A DNA stretch of 64,000 bases, taken from contig NW_021832228.1 in the NCBI RefSeq assembly GCF_006345805.1, positions 138,114 to 202,113 of the forward strand, given 5' to 3'. The notes below the pieces were generated by a model. That model saw only the letters and a program-made list of their open reading frames with translations. It ran no database searches and was not told the DNA's origin. Positions 49,506-60,689 of this stretch are shown here, in pieces. Source of the stretch: Octopus sinensis. Lineage: Eukaryota. Position 1 is the stretch's first letter. The number at the start of each line of letters is the position of its first letter. The position numbers and the translations under genes are program-made.

Positions 49506-50940
49506 GGCTATGCGACAACTCGCCTATAGTCGAGTTGTCGCCTAACTCGCCTAAATTTATTTGGCGACAACTCGCCTACTTAAAATAAATAAAAAATTTT
49601 ATTTTTACCAGATTAAATCTAATTAATTAAAATTTCAACAATTTTTTTACTTTAATCCTTATTATGACTGACTTTAAACTGCTTAAAAGCCAAAGAGTGG
49701 CAAACTTTACTACTACAACCGGAACTATTGTATAATACAGGTAGAAAAAAAGACGGTCTTACCTATTGGAGGTGCAGAAATCGAGAATGCAGGACGAGGT
49801 GCACGGTGGATGCTCAAAACAAGTTGAGCACAAAAAATGCTCATAATCATTGCCCCTTTGAGGATCATGAGATAAAAAGCATGAAACTAGTTTCTGACCT
49901 GAAAGATGCCGCAAAAGCGTCAGAAGACAGAATTATGAATGTGGTGTCAAGAAGCCTCATTGGAGCCAATGTTGACGTCATTAAAATCTTGCCAAAGGAA
50001 CGTTCATTGACTCGTCTCGTTCAACGGGAAAGAGAAACACTGATACCAAATTTTGTTCCGACCATTTCTGAAATTCCTGAAAGTTTGTGGTGGTACAGAA
50101 AATGCCTACTGTGCATTATTTGAAGAAATAAAGACACTTGTTGTTACTTCACCAGCAAGTATTTTAATTGATTTTGAAAAGGGGTTAATTAACTCCACAA
50201 AATCAGTTTTTTCGTCGTCTAATGTATTTGGCTGCAATTTCCATTTCGGCCAAATCATATGGCGGAAAATACAATGTCTTGGTCTTGTGGGAGCCTACAA
50301 AGACGTTTCATCGTGGGAACGAAAATTATTGAGAAAATGCTACCATTTAGCTTTCATCCCTGTGGAAAATGTTTTAATGGAATTTGAAAAATTTTCTCTT
50401 GATGCGACAAAAAAAGAAAACAACCAACAGATAATGAATTTTTTGGTTTATTTTAAAAACCAATTTAATGCAGACCCATCTTATGACGTCAGTTTTTGGA
50501 GTTGTTTTTATCGGGTATTAAAGTCGATGCCCAGGACGACCAATTCATTGGAAGGTTGGCATAAGCTGTTGAACAGTTCTTTTAACAGAGCGCACCCAAA
50601 TTTGGCAGCTTTTGTCAATGTTTTGGCCAGGGAAGAACAAAGACTTTTTGTGAAAATGACACAAATTAAGTCAGGAAGGTATCTTGAAGTGTCTGCGACA
50701 GACTGCAAAAAGGAACTTGAACTGAGAATAGCATGTGAAAATTTTCATGAATTTGAAGAGATTGCTATTTTAAGCTAATTGATAGTCTGATTTGCTTTAA
50801 AAGTTCAGAATAAACAGTAATTGTTTTAAAATTTTATTTTATTTACCTTTAAAATATTTTTCTTCGTAGACGAGTTGTCGCCAAAAAAATTTAGGCGAGT
50901 TAGCGACAACTCGTCTATAGGCAAGTTGTCGCTCAACGAC
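49506..50940 (+). mobile_element. Mutator-like element (FLYWCH and MULE domain), internally deleted
   Basis: About 70-bp TIRs made of GCGACAACTCGCCTA units; TYWRC..C..HNH, ILIDFEKG, GCNFH and RTTNSLEGWH. The first catalytic Asp region is missing and no TSD was found. Confidence 0.9.
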
Positions 50941-51329
50941 AAAAAAAGTGTTGGAGACAATTCTCGAGAATGTTAAAAAAAGAGTTAATGGATTAGAAAA
51001 GACAAAACTAAACTCAGCGAACCTTGTTTTTAAAAGTGAACTAATGCTGCTTCATTTTCTGGAAACCTTGGAGAAGAAGTCGGCTATCTGTCTTAGGAGG
51101 TCAGGGATCCTGCGGGTTATTAAAAAAGAAAAACCGCATATGGTGACAATCGCAGGATTTCTTGCCTCTAAATACGGATTGACTGATAAACAATCTATCA
51201 CTGACAAATCCCTGAGAGAAGCTCATGTACAATATTTGTCCAACAAAATAAATGAAAATAAATATTATACAATTGAATTGAAGCGGGTGTCAAACGAAGT
51301 GGAGTTGTCTCATCAAATATAAAAAATTT

Positions 51330-51790
51330 AACATTTGCACGATCTTTTGCATTGATTGGGGTGTCATCATTAAGCAATATTCGACATACATTGCCATTTG
51401 TTGCGCACAGTCGAGAGGTTTCCATAAAAATTAGTTTCTGTGTTCATGCAAATAAGCAACCTGGCCTCGATGACTGCGTTATTCTTAATGAAAAATTTTA
51501 CTACTTCCTTGTGTCCGTTTAAGGCAGGCAAGTCGAAGGGCGTATTGGAGTTTTCACCTTAGCTGTGGATCAACCATGTTTGCAAGGATTTTGACAACAC
51601 TGCTGTTTCCGTTTAATAAAATACTTTAAAAATCCATTTTGACCTCTAAAATGCATTCACTGTCATTTTTGAGAGTACAGTTGGTTTATGAGAATTTGCA
51701 GATAACTAAACACGACTTTTGACACCTCAACAATCTTGATCGCACTTCTTTGTATCCTTATTTCAGCTATCTGGAGCATCACTGAGATAT
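51330..51790 (-). pseudogene. Ankyrin-repeat fragment, TRPA1-like
   Basis: ENSNTPFDLPALNGHKEVVKF..AVIEA, LWKPLDCA and RILLNDDTPINAKDRAN; frameshifts and a 23-nt intron. Confidence 0.6.
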
Positions 51791-52119
51791 GCGCTCTAAT
51801 ATTTACACTCTTTATAAGCTACTAGGTAGAATTGTGTTTTAATTAAAATAATGTTTGTTTTTATTAATAAATTATCTTTATTTTTGGTTATCCAATTATT
51901 AATAAAAAAACCTAATAAATTATGTCACGTGTTTGGCATACCTTGTTTTGTTGTTTTGTTACATTATTTGGTAGATCATAATTTTTTATTTAATTGTATT
52001 CAGAAGGGATATTCCGTGATGTAGTTTCTTTTAATGTTTATATTATCTGAAATTTCATCATTTTGTAATATTTGTAAGTTTATTCCTTCAATCTGTTATT
52101 CTACTTATTTTGTATATTC

Positions 52120-52312
52120 TTTTAATTAATTTATTGTTGTCAACTCCTGTTGATTGTTTATTTCCATATTTTATTCGTTTAATATTCCTTTTTATTAATT
52201 TATTGTTGTCAACTCCTGTTGATTGTTTATTGACTTATTTAATTCGTTGTTTTCAAACCATAATATTACTTTTTATTAATTTATTGTTGTCAACTTTTTT
52301 TGATTGTTTTTG
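52120..52312. repeat. Imperfect tandem repeat, 3 copies of about 70-80 bp
   Basis: Core ATTAATTTATTGTTGTCAACT(CCTG)TTGATTGTTT; the minus strand reads KQSTGVDNNKLIK. Confidence 0.9.
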
Positions 52313-52329
52313 TTATATTTTATACGTTA

Positions 52330-53290
52330 TTTTCAAAAGATTAAAATATTTAATTAGGACTTTCAATCCTGATTGATAGTCTCTCTTCTGCTTTTAGGAG
52401 AAGAGTCTGCTGATTGTTCCTCTTCATTCTCTATCTCTCGTCAGTTGCCGTGAGTCTTTTATCTTTGAATGGAATGTCCTGGCGGCATGCCATTTCTATT
52501 AGTTGATTGGTCGCAGTTGAAGCAAATTTGTCGGAATCAAATTTGTCAATTTGTCCGAATAGAGTTCAAACTGGTCATGATGCAATCCATTTGGACCTCA
52601 ATTAACCAACCCGTGATGATTCCAGCATGCCAAATGACTGGAGTAATCGTTAGTATATTCCCCTCTTTCTTCACGTCCAAAAGTATTTATTCCACTCTGC
52701 TCAATTGGGCGGGCAAATCGGAAGATTCATTCCGTTGTATTTCACACAACGTTCTGCGAATTTTATTATGGACTGACCTCCAGGAATTTGAGCAGCGTGA
52801 AAAAGACGATGATTCCTCGTTGGTTGAAGGACATTTCTAGATTCGAGTTTGTGTCGGACATTTGCAGTAATTGAAAACTCTGGCTGTTAAACAAGGGAAG
52901 AACATTCTCGAAGCTTCGGACATGCATCCATTTTATGAGCTCGATTTCGTCCTCGTATACAAAGCCAGAAATTCTTCTATAAACTTGGAGATCTTGGCTA
53001 CATTCCCCGATCCCATTCTACGTGTTATTTAATCGTTTGAACGTCAAAGAGTTTACATTTGATGGACTTGGCTGGGGGAACAGGCATATCGAGACTGGAA
53101 TGATACGACAATTACTAACTCATTCAAACATTTTCCCTCAACTACAAATTTGTCAATTTGTCGGAAGGTAAGGAGTTTGGTAAGGTGCATTCATTTGCAC
53201 ATTGGGGCAAAAATGAGCAATTGAATGGAGGAATTACCCACCACGACACATCAATGAAACTTTTCGAGAACACCGACTCCGTATCCCGGC
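52330..53290 (-). pseudogene. Unidentified decayed gene with short introns
   Basis: Exon-like frames (VYRRISGFVYEDEIELIKWMHVRSFENVLPLF; LLDVKKEGNILTITPVIWHAG) with stops; no family recognised. Confidence 0.35.
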
Positions 53291-53297
53291 CCATGAG

Positions 53298-54899
53298 TAG
53301 GGCAACCAAAAGTCATATAATGCTTATTACAAAATAAAGTCATTTTGTGTTTGTTTATATTAATTAAATATTTTAATTATATTTTTTAACTATTTAAACA
53401 CTTATTAATAGGTCATATAAGTCATATTCAATAATAAAGTCATATTATAAAAATAAAGTCATATTCAAATTTTTGTATATTTTAATGAATTAGATTAATA
53501 TTTATTTTTTGAAATATAAATATTTGAAAAAAAAAAAAAAATATTGAATAATAATATTTGAATTATTTTTTTATAACGTGAGATATAATCGTTTTTTGTT
53601 TGAGTGAGATAAAGGTTTTTATGTAAAAAGGTATATTAATAGATGCCAAATCAAAAAAATCTAATGAATTCAAACTCTCTAAATATTAAATAAAATTCCG
53701 CACGAATTTACGAGAAGTACTAATGGGGACTTAATTGCAAGTTCTGTTGTGTTCCGGTAAACTTTTCAAAAAGTTTTTAACGTGGAACAACACAGACAGA
53801 CGAAATCATACAAAAAAGAAGTAAAACCACACGACTTGCGAAAATCGAAATTGATTGCAATTCCAAGGATATTAATAATCTGATTGCACGATGAAACTGC
53901 ATTTGCTCAAAAAAATCTCGAGGAGATCCTTTTGACAATAAAATTACCACCTGAATAATAATTACCAGATGGGAACCTGGCTTAGTGCTGCCTTTTTACT
54001 AAAAAATGCATACCAGTTCGCACTATAGTTTCTGGTACTGAATTTAACAAAAAGGGAAAATCTTAGATAAATAAAAACTGCTTTAAAATTCAATTAATTT
54101 GGAAAGAAAACTTGCATTGATAAAATCACGGTTATAGTGACATATAGATGGTGATTACATCAATGCCAATAACTTTTTTTACTATTGAGGAATCCGTAAT
54201 TTATTAATGTGATAAATTTTGGGTATGATCCATGTGGAATATCAAATATTTCCGTAAAAAATAGTAAAATCGATTAAAAGAAATTTTACTGCTAATATTG
54301 ATAATTGTTGCACCAAAATTTTTTCGATATTATGGAAATGTCCAGCACAACTAATTCCATTGAAAGAAGTTTTTCTATGCTTCAAAAGATGTGGAGAAGG
54401 ATAGAAACTTTAAAAATGATAACATTAAATCTTACTTTTCTGTTAATTACAATAAATTAGTGATTAGTTAGAAATATACGCCTTATTAAAACTTTATAAA
54501 ATATAATAATAAGCCGCCGCAATATAATTAATGGATCATTCGCATGCCAACAAGATCAAATAAATGAGAAAATGTTCATTAGGAACTAACTAATCCAAAC
54601 GAACGAAATCAAAAGATGTCAGCATCTATTTTTCTCGGTGCTTGGCTTTATGTAAATGTTCCGCATTGAAATTCACTGAGTAACGTATCATGTATCCTGG
54701 AGAAGTTTAATATGGAACTTCAAATTATTTATATTAACCCAGAGTTCTAAATAATCTTAGCACTAAAACTTTATTAATACATAAAAATAAAAATTTATTA
54801 GGTCATATTAAGGGCATATATTTTTTCGTTTAAGGTCATATAAGTCATATTTTATCGGTCATATTTAAAATTTTTTAGGTCATATTTGCGGTTGCCCTA
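53298..54899 (+). mobile_element. hAT (TAGGG-terminus family) element with both ends and a decayed transposase
   Basis: TIR TAGGGCAACC; TSD CCCATGAG at 53290-53297 and 54900-54907; GTCATAT subterminal repeats; ITRW/GTWLSAA and SIERSFS. Confidence 0.95.
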
Positions 54900-55427
54900 C
54901 CCATGAGTCTAGCAGAAGGAGGAAGATTGGAGACGAATAGGAGGAAACCGGAACTAAAATTATCCGGATAAGATATTTCTCCAGTTTGATTAATTTTCTA
55001 ATTCGAACCTTTTGAATTTACCTAATAAACGAATAAAATTTTTTGTGGTTTTTAAGTTTTCTTAGCTCTTTATTGAGGACAGGATTTATTCACAAGCCAG
55101 GTTTCACCACTCAAGGTCTCCACTTAAAAATTTCATCGTTTTTGAAAAAGTAGAACGAAAAAAAATTGGAATTCCGTTTAAACGGATGATTTTTTTGACG
55201 ATGAAATGGACAATATTCCCCAAGTTGGTTCTTTGGTTTGTCGTATTTTGCCTATTTTAGGCGTCTTCTGCGTTTTTGTTCCCAATGGGGTTTGCCTCAA
55301 TCTGGTTGATTCAGAAATTGACTTTAGATTTTTGGTTAAATTGCTCGAATAATTTTTATTGAAATTTCACAATTACTTTATGTTGGTTATTCTAGAATTC
55401 AATTTAATCAATTAATTATGGAAAATA

Positions 55428-56486
55428 ATGAGTGATCCAATTCTTGACTTCAAGAATGGTAGGTTTTATTGTCCATGGCTTGGTTTCTCTGATGTCAGCC
55501 TTTTTCAACGTTTAAATACTATTTGACTTACTGTGACTCCGTGAATGAAACCAAAATAAATGTTTTTGGTCAATTCTAGGAATTGGAAAATACTGTTTTC
55601 TGTGTATCACCAGAAAAGAGACCTGTTCGCTCTAAAAAAGAGACCGTGGATATCTCACAGCTATCTTCTAGTCCAAATGGACAATCTAAATATCCTTACC
55701 GATCCCATTGTATCGGACATTGTGCTGTGCAAGTACATTTTTCTACCGAGGGTGAATCAAAATGCCATATCCATCCCCGAATTGCCCGAGATTGATTATG
55801 TGCTAATCTCTCACAGCCACCACGACCACTTAGACTACCCTGCTTTTACACAACTACACCAAAGATTTCCAAAAATTAAATTTCTAGTCCCTCTCAATGT
55901 CAAAGCATTAATCCTGTCCGTTGCGCGGCTCAAGTTGAGGAGTTTGGATGGTGGGACCAAGTCCAGTTAAGTAATCAAGTCACTGTGGCACTCGTACCTG
56001 CTCAACACGGAAGTAGAAGATCTCTTTTTGACGAAAACAAAGTTTGAGGTCGATATGATAGTAAGACACTCTGAGGAGGGTGGTGTTTGGTGGGAACAAG
56101 TAATGTTGGAACATTTTACTAATCTGGAGACACTGGATACTATCAGCCAATCTTTAAAACCATTGGCATGAAATATGGGCCCTTCGACGTTGCTGCACTC
56201 CCAATTGGTGCGTACGCTCCAAAATTCTTATTCAAATACCAACATGCTGACCCCAGGGAGTGCATTCTTATTCAACAAGATGTTCAAGCTAAACACTGCA
56301 TTGGAGTTCATTGGGGGACTTTTCGGCTGGGATATGAGGTTGTGTGACAATTAATTGTAGGGAATCTTTGAGTCTCGCCACGTTCTTAATAAAGAGAAGG
56401 AATCATTCGAGCTGGGAGAAGCCACGTTTAAGTGCATTCGGGCTGGACAAACTATAAACAGAAATGGATCAATTATTGTTTTTTAA
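55428..56486 (+). pseudogene. NAPEPLD: N-acyl-phosphatidylethanolamine phospholipase D (metallo-beta-lactamase fold)
   Basis: ILTDP, VLISHSHHDHLD, PAQH, SGDTGY, GPFDVAALPIGAYAP, QHADP and GVHWGTF. There are frameshifts, a TGA at the conserved LWG Trp, and one donor reading AT. Confidence 0.92.
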
Positions 56487-56804
56487 TTCATACGATAATC
56501 ATCCTGATTTCCTTTTGAACAAATCGTTTTTGATAATTAAGATAATTTTTAACTCTCCAATTATTTTTTATAAACAGTGTTTAAATTAGTAACCAAAAAC
56601 ATTATTTTTGCTGATATTAAGCCTCTGTATAAACATTTAATTAAAGTTCTTTTCTCTGTTCACCAGCTCCAGTTGGTACTGGTTTTTCTCTTTCTAAATT
56701 ACCTTGTTTAATGGAAATAAATCATCAGTCTTTTGACGTCATTCTCCAGTTGTTTTCCAGTTTTGTGTCATTTAGGGACCATTATACTTATTTAGGAAGT
56801 TAGA

Positions 56805-57099
56805 ACTGGAATTGCCGCGGCTGCTGGCACCAGACTTGCTCTCTAATTGCATTCATTAAAGTTTTACAGTTATTTCATTACGATCTCCTGGCAAATGCCG
56901 GGATCCGTTATTTATGATCACTATCTCTTTATGCCAAAAGTGGATAATTTACGCACCTGCTGCAATCCATAGATCTGGCACCCATTTCTCATGCTCCCTC
57001 TCCGGAATCGAACCCTGATTCCCCGTTACCCGTTGTAACCACGGTAAGCCAGTACCTCACCGTCGAAAATTGATGGGGCGGACATCTAATTGATACGTC
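56805..57099 (-). rRNA. 18S rRNA: 18S rRNA fragment (pseudogene insertion, 295 bp)
   Basis: The minus strand has AACGGGTAACGGGGAATCAGGGTTCGATTCCGGAGAGGGAGC and GCAAGTCTGGTGCCAGCAGCCGCGG; flanked by the 15-bp direct repeat ATTTAGGAAGTTAGA. Confidence 0.96.
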
Positions 57100-57298
57100 A
57101 TTTAGGAAGTTAGATCGTAATAGTTCCTTAGTTTGAGATAGTAAAAAGGTTTAGAGGAGGTTGAACAAGTTGATATAGTAGACGATCAAGGGAGGCAGTT
57201 GTCCTGAAAAAATCAGGTCGATTGGTTGCACACAAGTAGAGATCTCGCGTTTATTTTTGGTGAAAATAAAAACGCATTTTTAGATTTAAATAAGAACG

Positions 57299-59181
57299 CT
57301 ATGTTTTTAGAAGTGATTCATTATGCTTCTTGCCACTAAGGTAAATTTTGTTGACGTATTTGATCCAATTGAGTAAGATACTTGCGGTTTGATATATTAC
57401 AATAGGAGACTCAAATAGATCCGAAGTTGAAGGGAAAAAGGAATCGACGTGCTCCTTCACCGTCGTATAACTACATGTTAAGAACCCCTTACCTGGTAGA
57501 CAACTTGACACTATTGGGAATCACAACCTTACTGTTGTGGTCAATTATAAAGATCCGTGTAGAGGGGAGTCCCAAAGCACGGTATGTCTCTTCGTCCTAC
57601 ACAATTCACAACACAACTCCCACAGTATCACGGTTGCCGAATCCCCCTGCAATGGGATTGGAGACCTCATCGGGAAATAAGTCCACAATCTCATTTAAAC
57701 AACTAATTTTAAACTCTTGCGAGCACTTGTGAATAATCTCCCTAATTGTAGTCAATAGGACAGCCCACTAATAATCCGAAAGGGGAGAGCATGATTGGGC
57801 CAGTCGGGAGAGCAACCCCGTCCTCCCGCACACTCGAGATGAACTGAGTGGTCAAAGCCGACTGGGCAATGGAGCGGGAGGACAAATAAACTATTCTGTA
57901 TTCGTTGTCGCTGATGGCCCGAAATAACTGAATCACGTTTTTGTGGCACCAATTCATTCCCAAATAGGGCAGGACTTGTCCGAACACATCAGTCCTGAAA
58001 TACAGCTTGCCCACTACCTGGTGATCGTCCCATCAATGTCCGAGACCACCAATTTATCCTTATACGACCAACGGAATATTCGACATCTCACCGTGGACGT
58101 ATGCCGTGGTCACCGAAAACGTGGCCTGATTGCAGCCGGGATTCAAATTCATTTGTCTCTACCAAAATATAACTTTGCCATCACAATGATCTCGGAACTC
58201 AAAAGACAAGGCCGATCACAGAGGTTTCCCGCCTTCAGGGAATAAGATTTGCGCGGGGAATTCATTTCCGAGTCACTGTTGGTGAAATCACTCGTGCTGG
58301 AGTCGGCAAACCTCTGGAATTGTTAGAACAGACAAACCACGGGGGAGTGGAGAGTGTTTTATTGATGTGGGAATAACTGTACCTGTTCTCATTTCTCCCA
58401 AAATGATATTCTTTACTAGACTCCGCTTAGACTTGGGGGGTAGCGGTTGAGTGACTTCATCACCTCCTGTGGTGTGTGGGCAGACCAACCTGCGGGAGAC
58501 GCGCCCAAACACGGAAAGGGATACCAAAAACTGGATTGAAGTTTTCCTGTTGTGAGTCCTCCAAATCCCCAGGCAAAGCTCGTTGACAATCTGCGAGGGA
58601 GTCGTCGGTGGAAGGTGACATTGCAGTCCGGAACCTCGACTCACTCCCCTAAATGCCGACTCCACTGCCAACTCGGAGTGTCCCAAGTACTGCACACACT
58701 TGTCCTCGTCACCCACCACCTCTGACAGGAAGAGGGGTTATCCATTTGGGGGTTGGGGAAATTGGTCACATGCAAATTCGACTGGGAAGAACTGTGTTGG
58801 CGGACTATTCCGTCGTCCTTCGAAACCAGCAAGTCTAAAATGGGGGAGTGAGGTCACCGAGTGTTCCCGTGGAAAGGCTTCTGCTGAGGGTGGGTTCTTC
58901 CTCCTTCTCCCAGTAAACTTGGCCGAACTGATTCAGTCGGAGGTCCAATTTGACTGGGGCGCCGTTGATTTGGACGTCAATCTGGAATGTGGGTAAAAGG
59001 GAGAGAACGTGCTGGTCTTGAGAACTTGCATCATTCCGAATATTATCCTGAGAGGGGTGGATGCAAAGGAGGCGTCATGTTGTTCGATCACAATTATGTC
59101 GATTGCCCCACTTGTTGGCGTGGAGTTGAATCTGTTTTATAATCCACGTACTTTTGAGAATATATTGTTCACATAATGCAT
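57299..59181 (-). pseudogene. LPIN: Lipin (phosphatidate phosphatase) with NLIP and LNS2 domains, disrupted
   Basis: SGAIDIIVIEQ, IDVQING, LVVSDIDGTIT, DVFGQVLP, YLSSRSIAQ, LPTGPIMLSP and GFGNRDT; in-frame TAA near 59138, frameshifts, and 23-27 nt introns. Confidence 0.92.
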
Positions 59182-59649
59182 TTGGGTGTGATTTTAAATG
59201 CTGATTTAAATAAATATAATAATAAATCGATCTAACCAAAGATATTAAAAATAGATATTTATTTTATAATTAATTAAATTATTATTATTCAAAATATCGT
59301 TATTTTATATAATTAAATAAATTCAATCATATAGATTTTTAATTATTTTAATACCACGCAAAGGTATGGGAAGTTGTAGTTAAACAACCATCGAAACAAT
59401 GGTGGGGAAATAATACTATACCAAAACAACTTTAATTTTATAATTCGCAAGGTGAATTTCATAATTTGCAATTTAACTAATCGACAAAGTATAAGCGTTA
59501 TTTAAAAAATTGGACGTTCTGCAATTGAATTGCACATATAATTTAGAGCTGAATGTTTGCTATAAATGCAACACATTTTCGAACGGTCCAAAGTTTTCTT
59601 CAATAATCCTTTAAGACACCGTAAGCGATATTCTTTTTGCGTTAAGTCT

Positions 59650-60420
59650 GATTATTTTCTAAAATAGAGTCAGTGCGACCAGAACGTGCAAAAATAATGC
59701 ACATTGTTATGACTGATTGCAATAAAAGCTTACAAGAACACACTGGAGAATTATTTTCTAACATATGTGAGATTTTACATTCAAGTGGACCTATAGACTG
59801 GAAGCAAACTGTTGTATGAATAATCCCAAAACCTAAAGATAGTAAAACAATTAATTAGAGACGGAGTACTTTGCACATTGTTTAAATAATGGAATGATTT
59901 GTGTACTGTCTATTCAGCTAGAGTATATTAACAGTGATGGTTTTGAGCAGGGAGATCACGTAGGATGGGCTTTTTTAACTCCACCGTGAGACTGCAATGA
60001 ACACTTCGAAATTGGACAGAGCTTCTTAAGAACTGGTAACTCTTACGTGACGAGGCACTCAGGGGCATTTCAGAATAATGGGAAGCTACTTAAAATTAAG
60101 GTCATTTAAACACGGATGCGAAAACTTTGTATCTACAAGCATGTGGTGGAGTCAATATTACTAGGTGGATGTTTGCTGATGAAAGTGTAATCATCACCAA
60201 CTTGTTAGACAAGACAAAAAGTTTAAGAGGAGAGTTCACGCACAATTGACTGACTAAGAAAACAATTCGGTTAATTGCTTTAAAAATTGCAAAGCAGAAG
60301 ACAAGTTTCTTAGTGAAGCAGAAAGTACAAAATACTGAAAATATGACTCATTACCCAATCGCATAGTTAATCTTAATTTCTTTTGTTGTTTTAATAATAA
60401 TATAGACAGACTAGGGCTCA
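59650..60420 (+). mobile_element. Highly decayed LINE RT remnant
   Basis: ELFSNI..SGPIDWKQTVV*IIPKPKD and GFEQGD. Confidence 0.5.
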
Positions 60421-60689
60421 TACGACAGGACAGATTGGTTAGCCAATTTAAACATTACTTAGGCAATTAAAAAAGTCTTGTAGTCAACTAGTTTTGAAAA
60501 AACTCTTAAAAGTAGATGATGGTCCACTCTGAAGGCTGAGTATTTAATTAGGTAATTAATTAGTTTATTTATTTAATGATATGTTTAGATTATAAATAAA
60601 TTAATATTTGAAATCAAAACAAAATAATCTTGTGTCCGCGAATGAATAGGATTGCTTTTACGTAGTCTCGAAACCCTGACAAATGTTTT

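Noticed and set aside
50948-51322. 124-aa ORF beside the MULE
   Set aside because: No recognisable domain and no ATG start; left unannotated.
56805-57099. Functional rDNA unit
   Set aside because: Only 295 bp of 18S is present, with no ITS, 5.8S or 28S, and it is bounded by a TSD.
4600-59140. Possible stop-codon reassignment (TAG/TAA in Spt5, cathepsin and lipin; TGA at a Trp in NAPE-PLD)
   Set aside because: The stops fall at positions expecting different residues (Gln or Lys, Tyr, Trp), the same genes have frameshifts and deletions, and TAA and TGA terminate TatD, cathepsin and GPN1 at the expected places.
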